Source: a virus
Virus record (IMG/VR): IMGVR_UViG_3300045988_047216
Location: 1-32,467 of that record
Length of the DNA stretch: 32,467 bases
Direction: 5' to 3' (one strand)
Shown here: positions 16,534 to 26,729 of the stretch, one piece after another
Layout of the letters: each line of letters begins with the position of its first letter
Position numbering within the stretch: the first letter of the stretch is position 1
Translations under genes and position numbers: made by a program
The notes under the pieces: model-generated
Database searches by the model: none
The model's input: the letters and a program-made list of their open reading frames with translations, nothing else
What the model was told of the DNA's origin: nothing

Positions 16534-17141
16534 TAAAATTTATTAAAAACATGGGATTTAAGTTCAGTATGCTGTACAACCGCAAACTGTTACTGAGAAT
16601 AGCCAACATGCCTGCTGACGGCACAGTAGCTCTCACCAAGGACGAAGAGAAGTTGCTAACCAAAATGGTTAAGTACATCCAACCGTCACAAGTAGTAACC
16701 CGAAATGGCAAAGCTGTGTTCCGCTTTAAGAGCATTGAGGAAATAGGCCTGTGGGACATTTTAGAGACGCGCAGGGCTGAAACGCCTATCGGACGCATAG
16801 AAGCATGGACGAACTTCAATTATTCGCCCACAACGATTGCTGACGCTGCAAAAGCGGACAAGTATATTGTGCAGCAGTTAGAGATCGCGGACGGTCTAGA
16901 GCAGGTGATATTCCAGAACATGCGTAACACAGGCGAAAGCGCATTGACAGGCACGGAAGAGATCAAGCAGGCAAAGAACTTGCTCGGTCTCGTACAGGTC
17001 ACTGCAGAACTGTTTCATTGCTCGTTTGAGGACGCAAAAAAGATGAACTACTCCGATGCCATGTTGGCTATTGCCAAACGCAATGACGAAATCGAAAAGG
17101 AGAAAAAAGAACTTAAGAAACAACAATCTAAATACAAGTGA
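16530..17141 (+). CDS. hypothetical virion-module protein
   Basis: ATGA overlap with the TerL stop. No motif recognised. Confidence 0.6.
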   Translation: MIKFIKNMGFKFSMLYNRKLLLRIANMPADGTVALTKDEEKLLTKMVKYIQPSQVVTRNGKAVFRFKSIEEIGLWDILETRRAETPIGRIEAWTNFNYSPTTIADAAKADKYIVQQLEIADGLEQVIFQNMRNTGESALTGTEEIKQAKNLLGLVQVTAELFHCSFEDAKKMNYSDAMLAIAKRNDEIEKEKKELKKQQSKYK

Positions 17142-17142
17142 T

Positions 17143-17541
17143 ATGAGTTTTGGAGACATACTTAACAGAGCAAGCACGCGGGCGTCCCAATTGGGAAAGG
17201 CCCTTGTGTTCGGGCCTACGGAGGTTCAGAACGTAGCCGCCAACGATATCAGCGATGATTTTTTCACGTTAGACGTGTCCGGTGGTTCGTACATGGATAC
17301 CAATGTACCTAATACCGTGGCATACACGATAGTTATTCGCTGCATGGGTATATCCGCTTATATGCGCGATGACGCTGTAGAGATAGACACGCTGGTTCGC
17401 ACCGACCTGCTATTGCAGGATTTCTTGAAAACGTTCATCTGTACATCCGAGGTGAGCAACATTCGCATCAGCAAGGTTCAAAACCAATACGATAGCATAA
17501 AATCAGGATGGGAAGCAGTGTTGGATGTGTACCAGACTTAA
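17143..17541 (+). CDS. hypothetical virion-module protein
   Basis: In-frame ATG 17143 lies 2 nt after the upstream stop (MSFGDILNRAST). The longer track ORF (17056) would overlap its neighbour by 86 nt. Confidence 0.55.
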   Translation: MSFGDILNRASTRASQLGKALVFGPTEVQNVAANDISDDFFTLDVSGGSYMDTNVPNTVAYTIVIRCMGISAYMRDDAVEIDTLVRTDLLLQDFLKTFICTSEVSNIRISKVQNQYDSIKSGWEAVLDVYQT

Positions 17542-17570
17542 TAAGGTTTGCTTTGCCGGTAGTAGCTTCG

Positions 17571-17578
17571 TACTTTTG
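17571..17578 (+). promoter_or_regulatory. Bacteroidota-type -7 box TACTTTTG
   Basis: Exact TAnnTTTG match 24 nt upstream of ATG 17602, in a 60-nt gap inside the otherwise tightly packed structural operon. Confidence 0.45.
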
Positions 17579-17601
17579 TCGGAAACTTAATCGTCGACTA
17601 T

Positions 17602-17949
17602 ATGAAAATCATAAGAAACAACTTCATCCCTTTTCCGGGTTTTAAGGCTATCAACTTGTTTGGTATCCTGTTTGTGCGTGGCAACGCTACAATCAGTCAA
17701 GAAGTGATTAACCATGAGAGTATACACACAGCTCAAATGAAGGAGATGCTTTACATACCGTTCTATCTGTGGTACTGCATTGAATACGTTTATCGTATGT
17801 TCTGGTATGCGAAAAAATCGAATAAGCCCAAAGCCAAAGACCCGTACCATGCACTGAGCTTTGAACGCGAAGCGTATCAAAACGAGAACACGCCCGACTA
17901 TCTCGAACATAGGTCTTTCTGGGCATGGACAAAATACTTTAAGTACTAA
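17602..17949 (+). CDS. small HExxH protein, DUF4157-like putative zinc metallopeptidase domain
   Basis: AINLFGILFVRGNA...VINHESIHTAQM has HExxHxxQ preceded by a G..I.F..G segment, then FEREAY downstream. This pattern matches my recollection of DUF4157. The protein is only 115 aa. Confidence 0.55.
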   Translation: MKIIRNNFIPFPGFKAINLFGILFVRGNATISQEVINHESIHTAQMKEMLYIPFYLWYCIEYVYRMFWYAKKSNKPKAKDPYHALSFEREAYQNENTPDYLEHRSFWAWTKYFKY

Positions 17950-18383
17950 TGGACAGCGAAGTAGTTAAAATAGTGCGAGGCGTTCGCGATGAAATCGTAG
18001 CTAACTACTACCGCATGAAGTTGAACGCGTCCGGCGAGTTTGCCGAAAAGACACAGGTAATTGAAGACGGTGGAAGCATTAAGATAGTCGCGCCTGCCTA
18101 CATTTACCAGATGGAAGACGGTCGCCCGGCTGGCACTATGCCGCCCGTGTCCGTTATCAAGAAATGGATACGGGACAAGAACGCCAACGCTGGGACCGAT
18201 ATACCTGAAAGCGCGGCATGGGCTATCGCGTACCACATCAAAAAGGACGGTATAAAAGTTCCTAACGATTATAACGCAGGTGGCGTAGCGAGCAGTATCC
18301 TTAACCCGGAACTGATAAAGCGGATTACCGTAGAAATCAACCGCATAGCCGCGGCGAGAATATTAACGATTTTAACTAAATAA
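17949..18383 (+). CDS. hypothetical virion-module protein
   Basis: TAATG overlap with the upstream ORF. No motif recognised. Confidence 0.55.
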   Translation: MDSEVVKIVRGVRDEIVANYYRMKLNASGEFAEKTQVIEDGGSIKIVAPAYIYQMEDGRPAGTMPPVSVIKKWIRDKNANAGTDIPESAAWAIAYHIKKDGIKVPNDYNAGGVASSILNPELIKRITVEINRIAAARILTILTK

Positions 18384-18385
18384 TT

Positions 18386-19372
18386 ATGATAGTCAGAAAC
18401 TTACTAAACAACGCTGCTGCATCTGGAAATGGTACACTCACTTTGCAAGGCATAGGCGCGGGCATATACAGCCCTGTCCGTTTTGAGAGCGTTGGCAGCG
18501 TTACTTCTATCCGACTCATATACTATCGGGGTGGTTCGTCCTCGGGCGTGTATGCAACTGTCATACCATACGAGAATACCGTAGTCGATGTATCGTCTAT
18601 GGCTTCGGCCGTGCCATCTATAATGGAAGTGACTAAAACGTCCGCAGGCAGTGTATGGGATTATATACTGGTTAACTACGTGGAAAACGGAACGACCTAT
18701 AATCTCACTTTGCAGATAGTTAACTGTTCTTCTGCCTATGCAAGATACGCTACAAGTTCCGGGTCTAACGATCTGAGTGACTACGGAAACGGAAAGTTCA
18801 ACCGTTTGGATAGTGTAATAAGTTTCGTATCGCCTCTTACAGGGCAACCTTTCAACAATAAAGTGATGTTCGGTCAGACAGCGAATTCACAATCTTTGCA
18901 GGCCGGTGGTTCTAACCTGTCAAACGGGTATATGTGGAATGTCGGCAACCCTACCGGGATAACTCTTTTGAATAATGGCGGCAACATTTGGGGTTACATA
19001 TCCTACGAACGCAAACAACCGTATTGCGCCGATGCCAATAAACGTGTTACGCTTAAATGGCTTAACTCTTATGGCCTGTACGATAGCATGTACTTCTTGC
19101 AATACCGTATCCAGCCTACCTATCAGACCAACTATTCGGGTGGCAACCGCGTAGCGTCTTATAACGTAACGGTTAGCGTAGTGGTTACGGGCGATAATGA
19201 GAAAGCATTATACTGGTTATCACGGTCGGCCGATGTGCAAGGCGTGTTCCCAATAGCGACTAACCAATGGGCTAAAGTAACCATAACCAACCCGACCGCG
19301 TTCAACTCACAAGGTGGCGCATTGGGACGTACCGTTAGTTACACATGTAAGTTTGAAATCGTAGAACCTTAA
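18386..19372 (+). CDS. hypothetical structural protein (tail/adsorption candidate)
   Basis: The composition is rich in Ser/Thr/Gly/Asn and looks beta-rich. Its position upstream of the tape-measure-like gene supports a structural role. No motif recognised. Confidence 0.55.
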   Translation: MIVRNLLNNAAASGNGTLTLQGIGAGIYSPVRFESVGSVTSIRLIYYRGGSSSGVYATVIPYENTVVDVSSMASAVPSIMEVTKTSAGSVWDYILVNYVENGTTYNLTLQIVNCSSAYARYATSSGSNDLSDYGNGKFNRLDSVISFVSPLTGQPFNNKVMFGQTANSQSLQAGGSNLSNGYMWNVGNPTGITLLNNGGNIWGYISYERKQPYCADANKRVTLKWLNSYGLYDSMYFLQYRIQPTYQTNYSGGNRVASYNVTVSVVVTGDNEKALYWLSRSADVQGVFPIATNQWAKVTITNPTAFNSQGGALGRTVSYTCKFEIVEP

Positions 19373-19377
19373 AGATT

Positions 19378-20985
19378 ATGGAAGTTAATATTAGAATAAA
19401 CGGAGTCAAGTTAGACGGCGTATCGGCAGGGGCGGTTAAATTGAATATCAACAACCCAGACCCGTTCTCGTTTTCTGACCCTACCGTCAGTTATACAGGC
19501 AGTATCGAAGTACCACGGTCACAAGTCAACGACCGTGTGTTCCGTGCTGACCGGTGGCCGTGGATGTTCACGCGTACCGCACCTTACACGGCAGAACTGG
19601 ACTTTGGAGGACTTTCGGCTCCACGAGGCAGTAATGCCTACCGTGCACAGGTGACAGTTAACCCGGACAGCTATTCAATTACTTTGGTTGAAAGCGTTAC
19701 AAAGCTGTCAAGCATACAAGGAGGCGTAATCGCCAAACCTTATGACGAGACACAGTTTGGGTTGTGGTGGGCGAATAGCTACGACTCGGCACTTGCATAC
19801 GCTTATAACAGTCAGTTGACACGTCCGTCTCTGTTTAACTTCGGTAGCGTGTTCGTTTATCCGGGTTATACGGCTGAGAAAAAAGAAACAACGGCAGGTA
19901 GCCTTGTAGGTTCCGAGAGCCAGTTAGCCTATCGTATTGGGCACGATTACTTGCTCGGTGCTCGCTATCCGACTACAGATATGATTGCGCTGGATAACAA
20001 CGTTGCTTGTGCTTTGGAGCGCATGACAGGTTCGACATTCACGCTGACATTCACACAGGACTGCTTCGTGTGGCTACCTGCTTCGACTGGTAAGACCGTT
20101 TATCTCGGTAGTAATCGCTCAACTGGTAGTATCGCAATGACACGTGACACTTCGGTAATCATTAATGCCAATTACAAGCATAAGATTGCTGCCGGGTCAA
20201 GCCTCGTAGTACAACCTGTTGCCGGAAATAGCACCCTGTTCCATATACGAACAACTACGGCCACTACGTCAACCAAGATAACACCTGCTACTAACGTACC
20301 GACAGGTGAGGGTTACTATTTCAGTTTCGAGATAACCGCAGTAGGTGCTGAGGCTTATAGTAAGATGTTAGCACCCGACACAGGGTTTACCAGCGCATAC
20401 GACCTTGTACAAGCATATTGTAAGGCATTTTTCTGGACTTATGATTTCCGGCCGTTTCCGTTCGCTATTGAACTTAAGCCCTACATAAATACCTCAGCGA
20501 TAAACATATACCGTCAGATATGGACTGGTAAAATAGACATGGACTCAGTGAAGATAGGCGAACCGTCTGGCATTGCAAGGACGTACAAGAGTACCGCAGG
20601 TGAGGCCGTATGTATAGTCGATGGCTCTGTGAGAGCGATGGCCTCACAGGGTCAAGGTGCTGAGAGTTCAATGCCCGTCTCGTTCGGAGAACCGCCATTC
20701 GCCACGATGTACCATCTGACTGGGGGCTTGCCTTACAAGAATTCGTTCTACATAAGCGCATCCGGCTACCGTGCAAGGGCTGAGGCTCATTACAAGTGGT
20801 TCACACCCGGATGGCAGGTGAGCGCAAAAATGAGGTTGTCTTATTTCGACATTCTGAATATGACGTCTGACGGCCTGTATTTCGTAGGTGAATTAAACAG
20901 TTGGTTCTATCTCCGTGCAATCCAGAACTGGAATGCGGCCGATTCAACCGCAACATGTACATTAATCGCAGTTAACAATTCATAA
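19378..20985 (+). CDS. hypothetical structural protein (tail/baseplate or receptor-binding candidate)
   Basis: 535 aa with a beta-rich composition, ending 2 nt before the tape-measure-like gene. The function is inferred from context only. Confidence 0.55.
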   Translation: MEVNIRINGVKLDGVSAGAVKLNINNPDPFSFSDPTVSYTGSIEVPRSQVNDRVFRADRWPWMFTRTAPYTAELDFGGLSAPRGSNAYRAQVTVNPDSYSITLVESVTKLSSIQGGVIAKPYDETQFGLWWANSYDSALAYAYNSQLTRPSLFNFGSVFVYPGYTAEKKETTAGSLVGSESQLAYRIGHDYLLGARYPTTDMIALDNNVACALERMTGSTFTLTFTQDCFVWLPASTGKTVYLGSNRSTGSIAMTRDTSVIINANYKHKIAAGSSLVVQPVAGNSTLFHIRTTTATTSTKITPATNVPTGEGYYFSFEITAVGAEAYSKMLAPDTGFTSAYDLVQAYCKAFFWTYDFRPFPFAIELKPYINTSAINIYRQIWTGKIDMDSVKIGEPSGIARTYKSTAGEAVCIVDGSVRAMASQGQGAESSMPVSFGEPPFATMYHLTGGLPYKNSFYISASGYRARAEAHYKWFTPGWQVSAKMRLSYFDILNMTSDGLYFVGELNSWFYLRAIQNWNAADSTATCTLIAVNNS

Positions 20986-20986
20986 T

Positions 20987-23491
20987 ATGGCAGACCAAGT
21001 AACATTATTAGACCTTTCGTTCGACACGTCGGGCGCATTAGACGGGCTGGACGCGCTTATCGCGAAATCGTTAGAACTGGCCGAGCAAAAGAAGCAGTTG
21101 AGTGCCGCGTTGAAAGACGAACAGGCACAGGTAAATGCCGCAGCAAAAGCATACAAGGCGGGTTCTATATCGCAGGAAGAATATCGAAAGATAGTTTCCA
21201 ACTCGACTAAAGCCCAGACCGACCTAACCAAGCAGATGATAGAGACTAACAAGTCTATATCGGATAACAACTCTGAAATCAAGGTCAACACTACTTTACT
21301 GACAAGTCAAGAAACGAGTGTTAACGCACTCCGTGCCCAACTTGCAAAGAATACTAAGGAGTTGAACGCCATGAGCGCGGCAACGCGTAACAATACGGCT
21401 GAGGGTCAGAAACTTGTAACCGAGACAAAGGAAATCTCCGACAAATTAAAGGAGATGGAGAAAGCCGCAGGCGACACGAGACGAAACGTAGGTAACTACG
21501 CGGAAAGCGTGCAGGAAGCTTTATCCAGCACCAAAGGTCTGTCGGGTGCAACGGGTACGCTGGCCTCGAGCATGTCGGGCGCGGTAGGCTCAGTCAAGGC
21601 ATTTACTTCGGCTTTGCTTGCTAACCCTATCGTTGCTATCGTCGGCCTCGTGTTAACGCTCATATCGACTATCGAGAAGCTGATGAAGCGCAACACGGAG
21701 ATGGCTACTAACCTGAAAGCCGCGTTCGCGCCGTTCGAGGTCATATTTTCCCGTATTCTGGATGGCATCACGGAACTTTTGAATGGTGTCGCAAAGGCGA
21801 TTGACTGGGTATCAACTAAAGTAGTGTCCCTGTTATCATCCATCGGGCTTATATCGGAAGAGACAGCAAAGGCCGCTAACGCGGCAAAAGAGTTGACGAA
21901 GCAAGAGCAGGCCATCTATGAGGCGCAAACCGATTCGATAGTCACTTTGTCCGAGATGTCTCGCGAGTTGGCAAACCAAAAGACCATTATCGCAGACCAA
22001 ACCAAGTCAGTTAAGGAAAGAAACGCCGCTGCTAACCAAGGATTGTCAGTATTGAAGCAGATGCAGAACATAGAGGTTGGCATCCTGCAGCAGCAGTATG
22101 AACAGATAAAAGCTCAGAACGAGTTAAGCTATACGAGTGCCGAGGACAGGCGTAAAGAGATGGAAGCTCTTGCAGCATTAAATGCTAAAAAGGCCGAGTA
22201 TGCAGATAAAGAGAGGGAGCTTATCTCTCAGAGAAGTTCATTCGAGGCTCAGGAAACCGCTAAAAACTCAGCAGCGGCACAAGCTGCAGAACTTGCAAAG
22301 GCTAATGCAGCCGTTAAAGCATCTCAGGAAGCTGAGAAAGCCAAACGAGAGATGCAGGCTGAGACTATCAAGCAGATGGAAGTGGCGTTAACCACGCTCG
22401 ACCTGTCAATCAAGGAACGCGAGTTGAACAGCAACACCACGGCAGATAAGCTTAAGAACCAAGAAGAATATAACGCTGAAAGTCTTAAGTTGGAAAAATA
22501 CCGCTTGGAACAGGGTTTGATAACCCAACAGGAATACGATAACAAAGCAACCCAACTGAGACTGCAAGAGTTACAAACTCGGCAGCAATTAGAGGCTGAG
22601 CAGGAGAAGCTAAATCAAGAACGCAAAGCAATGGACGAGGCCAACCGTAAAGAGTTGGAAATGTCTAACGTAGCTAACGAGTATGAGATGCGGCAGGCAC
22701 AGTTGGACGCCCAGTATCAGCAAGAGTTGGCAGCAGCCGAGAGGATAGGCGCGGATACTACATTGGTTCAGCAGAAGTATGAGAAAGCCAAAGAAGACCT
22801 AACCAAAGCGCGTGTTAACGCTGAGTTGACAATGACAGCCGGGTTGGCAGGTCAGATGTCCGACCTGCTCGGTGAAGAGAGCGCAGCAGGTAAAGCGTTT
22901 GGCGTTGTGCAGGCCACAATCAACACGTACCTCGGTGCGACCAAAGCACTGGCGCAGGGCGGTATACTCGGTATCGCACAGGCGGCTATCGTTATCGCGT
23001 TCGGTATGAAGCAGGTTCTTTCCATTGCCAAACAGAAAGACCCTGATACGAAAATTAACACAAGTGTTAAAAAGTATGCAAAAGGCGGACAGATTTACGG
23101 CAAATCCCATGCGCAGGGCGGTGTAACATTTAGAGGTGATAACGGTCAGGTATTCGAGGCCGAGGGCGGTGAAAACATTTACATTATGAAGAAGACCGCG
23201 AGCGCCGAGATTAATGCTCTGTCGGCTCTGAACGAGGCGCACGGTGGCAATTCCTTTGCAACGTCTGGCTTATACAAGTTTGCCGATGGCGGTATGGTAG
23301 CGAGCATCTCGGAAGCGAACCGCGCCGTTAGACAGATGGATAACGTTAAGCTATCCAATGAAACCATCAATCAATTGGCAGGTGTCGTTATCGGAGCAGT
23401 CGCGAGCATGCCTAACCCGGTAGTAGCTGTGCAGGATATAAACACAGGTCAACGCGATGTAGCTGTCGTGCAGGATTTATCGAGATATTGA
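20987..23491 (+). CDS. tape-measure-like / internal virion protein (long coiled coil with hydrophobic segments)
   Basis: 834 aa dominated by Ala/Gln/Glu/Lys heptad-like sequence. There are two hydrophobic stretches (ANPIVAIVGLVLTLISTI and GILGIAQAAIVIAFGM). The Gly-rich C-terminal region has recurring xGGx (AKGGQI, AQGGVT, AEGGEN, AHGGNS, ADGGMV). Confidence 0.55.
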   Translation: MADQVTLLDLSFDTSGALDGLDALIAKSLELAEQKKQLSAALKDEQAQVNAAAKAYKAGSISQEEYRKIVSNSTKAQTDLTKQMIETNKSISDNNSEIKVNTTLLTSQETSVNALRAQLAKNTKELNAMSAATRNNTAEGQKLVTETKEISDKLKEMEKAAGDTRRNVGNYAESVQEALSSTKGLSGATGTLASSMSGAVGSVKAFTSALLANPIVAIVGLVLTLISTIEKLMKRNTEMATNLKAAFAPFEVIFSRILDGITELLNGVAKAIDWVSTKVVSLLSSIGLISEETAKAANAAKELTKQEQAIYEAQTDSIVTLSEMSRELANQKTIIADQTKSVKERNAAANQGLSVLKQMQNIEVGILQQQYEQIKAQNELSYTSAEDRRKEMEALAALNAKKAEYADKERELISQRSSFEAQETAKNSAAAQAAELAKANAAVKASQEAEKAKREMQAETIKQMEVALTTLDLSIKERELNSNTTADKLKNQEEYNAESLKLEKYRLEQGLITQQEYDNKATQLRLQELQTRQQLEAEQEKLNQERKAMDEANRKELEMSNVANEYEMRQAQLDAQYQQELAAAERIGADTTLVQQKYEKAKEDLTKARVNAELTMTAGLAGQMSDLLGEESAAGKAFGVVQATINTYLGATKALAQGGILGIAQAAIVIAFGMKQVLSIAKQKDPDTKINTSVKKYAKGGQIYGKSHAQGGVTFRGDNGQVFEAEGGENIYIMKKTASAEINALSALNEAHGGNSFATSGLYKFADGGMVASISEANRAVRQMDNVKLSNETINQLAGVVIGAVASMPNPVVAVQDINTGQRDVAVVQDLSRY

Positions 23492-23534
23492 TTTAATAAA
23501 CTCATGTAGAGATGGTAGTTAAAAACCAACTATC

Positions 23535-23542
23535 TATCTTTG
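23535..23542 (+). promoter_or_regulatory. Bacteroidota-type -7 box TATCTTTG
   Basis: Exact TAnnTTTG match 70 nt upstream of ATG 23612. It lies inside the inverted repeat AACTCATG (23499-23506) with CATGAGTT (23543-23550). Confidence 0.45.
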
Positions 23543-23611
23543 CATGAGTTACAACTACAAGTGCACTTGCTAACTATATGTTATCATACTGCACTATAAA
23601 AAATAGTAAGA

Positions 23612-24598
23612 ATGATTTTTGAAAAACTGAGAATTATAGAGGCCGGACAGACCGCTAACTTTGGCGAGTGGGACGGACAGATGTACCCGTTGGTTATGAC
23701 TGACGAGGCCGTTCGCAGCGTTGTAACTTTGGGAAATGCCAAACCAGTACATTGCAGACGTACCCACAATGGAACTGACATGTTGGACGGATATCTCGGA
23801 AAGTTCGTTAACTTCGTTTATGAGGATGGCGTAGCCTATGCAGATTTCGAGATGTCTGAGGCACTTGAAACCGCCTATCCACAAGAGGCAAAGTTTATCG
23901 AAACCATGATATTGAAAGAACCAGATATGCTCGGTGTTTCGGTCATGGGTCTGGATAATAGAGAATTAAACGGTGAAAGCATAGACGTTACCAACTTCGC
24001 AGAATTGTACTCATGCGATATTGTAGGTCTTCCTGCCGCTACTACAAGTCTATATAGTAATAATCAAAAAGAAAAAACAATGAACAAATTTTTCAGTGCT
24101 TTTGCATCTATGCTAAAGAAGAGCAGCTACGCCACTGAGACGGTAGAAACCGTATCCGGCGACAAAATCACGATCGAGGCCGAGGGTGAAGTTATGGCAA
24201 TCGGTGACAAAGTATTTGACGATGCAGGAAATCCGCATCCTGATGGCGAGGTTCGTATCAAGGTCGGCGAGTCAATTCTTGTATTACGTATCGAAGACGG
24301 ACGTATTGCCGAGGTAAAACCATCCGAAGACCCTCGCGGTGAGCAGGAGGACGAAATCAGAGACGAACGCGAAATTGGTCGCGAGACATCTCGTGTACCC
24401 GATGAATTTGCAGCCCGTTTTGAGAAAATGGAACGCAGCCTGTTCGTAATGGGAAAGACTTTGGAAAGTATCAATGCCCAGTTCGGCAAGGTTACTCCAA
24501 AACCTAATACGCCTACCGGTGGTATGCCTACAAGCGGCAAAACGAAGCTCAGTAAAGAGGCCGTAGCCGAGGCTGCAAAGAAGTTCTACAATCGCTAA
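23612..24598 (+). CDS. capsid scaffolding protein, possibly GPO-like protease-scaffold fusion
   Basis: It lies immediately upstream of the capsid gene. The N-terminal half loosely parallels P2 gpO as I recall it (RIIEAG..DG, a His in RRTHNG, GVSVMG, IVGLPAATTS). The C-terminal half is charged and helical (EQEDEIRDEREIGRE). Confidence 0.5.
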   Translation: MIFEKLRIIEAGQTANFGEWDGQMYPLVMTDEAVRSVVTLGNAKPVHCRRTHNGTDMLDGYLGKFVNFVYEDGVAYADFEMSEALETAYPQEAKFIETMILKEPDMLGVSVMGLDNRELNGESIDVTNFAELYSCDIVGLPAATTSLYSNNQKEKTMNKFFSAFASMLKKSSYATETVETVSGDKITIEAEGEVMAIGDKVFDDAGNPHPDGEVRIKVGESILVLRIEDGRIAEVKPSEDPRGEQEDEIRDEREIGRETSRVPDEFAARFEKMERSLFVMGKTLESINAQFGKVTPKPNTPTGGMPTSGKTKLSKEAVAEAAKKFYNR

Positions 24599-24620
24599 CC
24601 TTTAAAAAGAAAAAGAAATT

Positions 24621-25565
24621 ATGGCTTTTACATTCACAGACTTAAACAAACTTAACCTTAACTCACTGAGTGAGGTTATATCACTTACTGTAGGACTGGC
24701 AGGGGAACTTGCAAACGGCTTGACTGTCCTTAACGGTATCGCTAACAACACACCTGTTGTTTCTCTTACTGCTGCTGACAAGGCATTGCGCAAATCCGCA
24801 GGTTGTAACGGTACTTACTTCTACGACGCTATCAGCGACAAAACGAAGTATTACACACATGCGCCTATCGAACTGCCTATCGAAATCTGTTTGCAGTCAT
24901 TGTGGGGAAAGATGGTAGCCAAAGGCATCAACTTGGACGACAATTTCTCTGAAACAGAGTTGGCAGGCTTCATTCAAGCAGAAGTATTGAAAGTATTGGA
25001 AGCTGACTTGCTTCGTCTGTCTTGGTTGGACGGTGACGTTACCGAAAAAGCTACTGGTTACGGCATCTTTACTTTGGGTGGTTTTATCAAACAGTTCGAA
25101 GATTCAACAATGACCGCAGGTGCCTTGACTCTTACCACTGAGGGAGTTCTTGCAGCTTTGCGCGCTTGTGTTGACGGACAAAGACCAGACGAGTTAGATA
25201 ACTCCGAGTTCTTCGTTTCATCTAACGTTATGCGTCTTTACAAGAACCTGTTGGAAGATAAGGGCAACAGTGTTGCACAGAGCTTCTTGGTTGATGGCCG
25301 CCCCGTGTACTATTTCGAGGGATACAAGGTTACTGAACTTCGTCACGTGTCTAACGCAGCGTTGACCGATGGTAACAACACAGCGTTCATTGCGTTTACT
25401 CCGAAAACCAACCTGCATCTGGCAATGGAAAGTTCAGCAGTTTCAATCGCTCCGTTCGTGCAAGACGCGAAGAGCAGAAACTACTACTCACAGACTTTGT
25501 TTGCAGCAAGTGCCATGTTGGTAGCACCGGAAAAGATGCAATTGTATCTTACGGCTCGCGCATAA
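24621..25565 (+). CDS. major capsid protein (candidate)
   Basis: 314 aa, directly after the scaffold gene and followed by the strongest terminator in the genome. The assignment rests on position and size, not on a recognised motif. Confidence 0.6.
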   Translation: MAFTFTDLNKLNLNSLSEVISLTVGLAGELANGLTVLNGIANNTPVVSLTAADKALRKSAGCNGTYFYDAISDKTKYYTHAPIELPIEICLQSLWGKMVAKGINLDDNFSETELAGFIQAEVLKVLEADLLRLSWLDGDVTEKATGYGIFTLGGFIKQFEDSTMTAGALTLTTEGVLAALRACVDGQRPDELDNSEFFVSSNVMRLYKNLLEDKGNSVAQSFLVDGRPVYYFEGYKVTELRHVSNAALTDGNNTAFIAFTPKTNLHLAMESSAVSIAPFVQDAKSRNYYSQTLFAASAMLVAPEKMQLYLTARA

Positions 25566-25586
25566 GCGAAACTAATATTCACTAAC

Positions 25587-25622
25587 AAAAGGGTTTGGGA
25601 CTTAAAACCCAAACCCTTTTTA
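25587..25622 (+). terminator. rho-independent terminator
   Basis: A 13-bp stem, AAAAGGGTTTGGG (25587-25599) with CCCAAACCCTTTT (25608-25620), has a T-run included. Confidence 0.8.
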
Positions 25623-25634
25623 ATTAATAATATT

Positions 25635-26162
25635 ATGGCAAGAAATTGTTTAAATAAAATATCCGCAGGCTTTCCTACTACATGCGCACTGCCTGTACAC
25701 GGTATTAAAGAGTTATACCTTATATACCCAGAGGATGTTACGATAGCAAGGGCCTCGGATAACTCTTGGCGGAAGGTCACATTTACGACCTCAGGAAAGA
25801 GCTATAAAATAGAGGGGTATAAACAGAATATACAGATAACATCGTCTTTGAGAAGTTTAGACGCTTCTAATAAATTTGATGTGTCTGTTATGTTCAAAGT
25901 TCCATATACAAGACACGCGGATTTGGCATCTATGCTTATGAATAGGTTTTATGTTGTTGCCGTTCCGAATGACCTTAACGCGCATCCGGCTGTGTGTTTA
26001 GGTGATACCAGCCCGTTAGAAATGACCGCCGCCGATTGGGACAGCAATGCGAATGGAACATTACTAACTGTAACGTTATCCGCGCCTGACGGTTCGGCAG
26101 GAAATTACTTACTGCCTGTAGAATCCACAGCCTTAACAGCAATAATCTCAAAAGCATCTTAA
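25635..26162 (+). CDS. structural-module paralog 1 of 3
   Basis: The N-terminus MARNCLNKISAGFPTTC aligns with paralog 2 (MACISKLSAGFAYDC). It shares GI(K/E), I..ED(V/I) and K(S/A)YKI(E/D). Confidence 0.6.
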   Translation: MARNCLNKISAGFPTTCALPVHGIKELYLIYPEDVTIARASDNSWRKVTFTTSGKSYKIEGYKQNIQITSSLRSLDASNKFDVSVMFKVPYTRHADLASMLMNRFYVVAVPNDLNAHPAVCLGDTSPLEMTAADWDSNANGTLLTVTLSAPDGSAGNYLLPVESTALTAIISKAS

Positions 26163-26164
26163 TT

Positions 26165-26707
26165 ATGGCATGTATATCAAAATTATCAGCCGGGTTCGCC
26201 TATGATTGCGACACTGGTGCAACTGGGATAGAAAACGCATTTATCATCAACAAAGAAGATATTGCATCATTTACGGTTGACCCTACAGCCCCTGTTATTG
26301 TCAACGCGGTTACATTAGTATCTGGGGCAAAAGCCTATAAGATAGATACCCCAAAAAGAACGCTTGTAGTTACGGAAAGTCTAAAAACAAATGAGGGAGC
26401 GCCTAATGCTTTAAGTTTTTCAGCAACTATTACAATTACAGCGTTAAATAGTTATGATTTTCGTATGGCTGTTTTACGGTCATTACCTAATGGGTCTTAT
26501 GTATTATTTACAAAAGAACCCGGTAACACGTACCGCGTTTATGGCCTATATTATGGATTGTCATCTACTTCCTATGACCGTAATACACATGATAACGGAA
26601 ATTGGGTTACCGTAGCATTGGCTACACCAGAACAGGTTATCGGTGAAGACGGTTTGCAGGTACAACAAAACACTTATAACGCTCTTTATGAGGCAGCAGT
26701 TTACTAA
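26165..26707 (+). CDS. structural-module paralog 2 of 3
   Basis: Similar size (180 aa), the same N-terminal C-x10-12-C pattern, and YRVYGL shared with paralog 3. Confidence 0.6.
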   Translation: MACISKLSAGFAYDCDTGATGIENAFIINKEDIASFTVDPTAPVIVNAVTLVSGAKAYKIDTPKRTLVVTESLKTNEGAPNALSFSATITITALNSYDFRMAVLRSLPNGSYVLFTKEPGNTYRVYGLYYGLSSTSYDRNTHDNGNWVTVALATPEQVIGEDGLQVQQNTYNALYEAAVY

Positions 26708-26729
26708 TTAAAGAAAGGAGAACAATACT

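Noticed and set aside
26712-26729. Shine-Dalgarno-like AAAGGAG upstream of 26730 (also GGAGG before 15388 and GGAGGA before 12569) as evidence against a Bacteroidota host
   Set aside because: Only a few genes have such sequences, and most start codons lack any SD. The exact TAnnTTTG boxes at seven operon-leading positions are a stronger signal. The SD-like runs may be coincidental or may serve in translational coupling.
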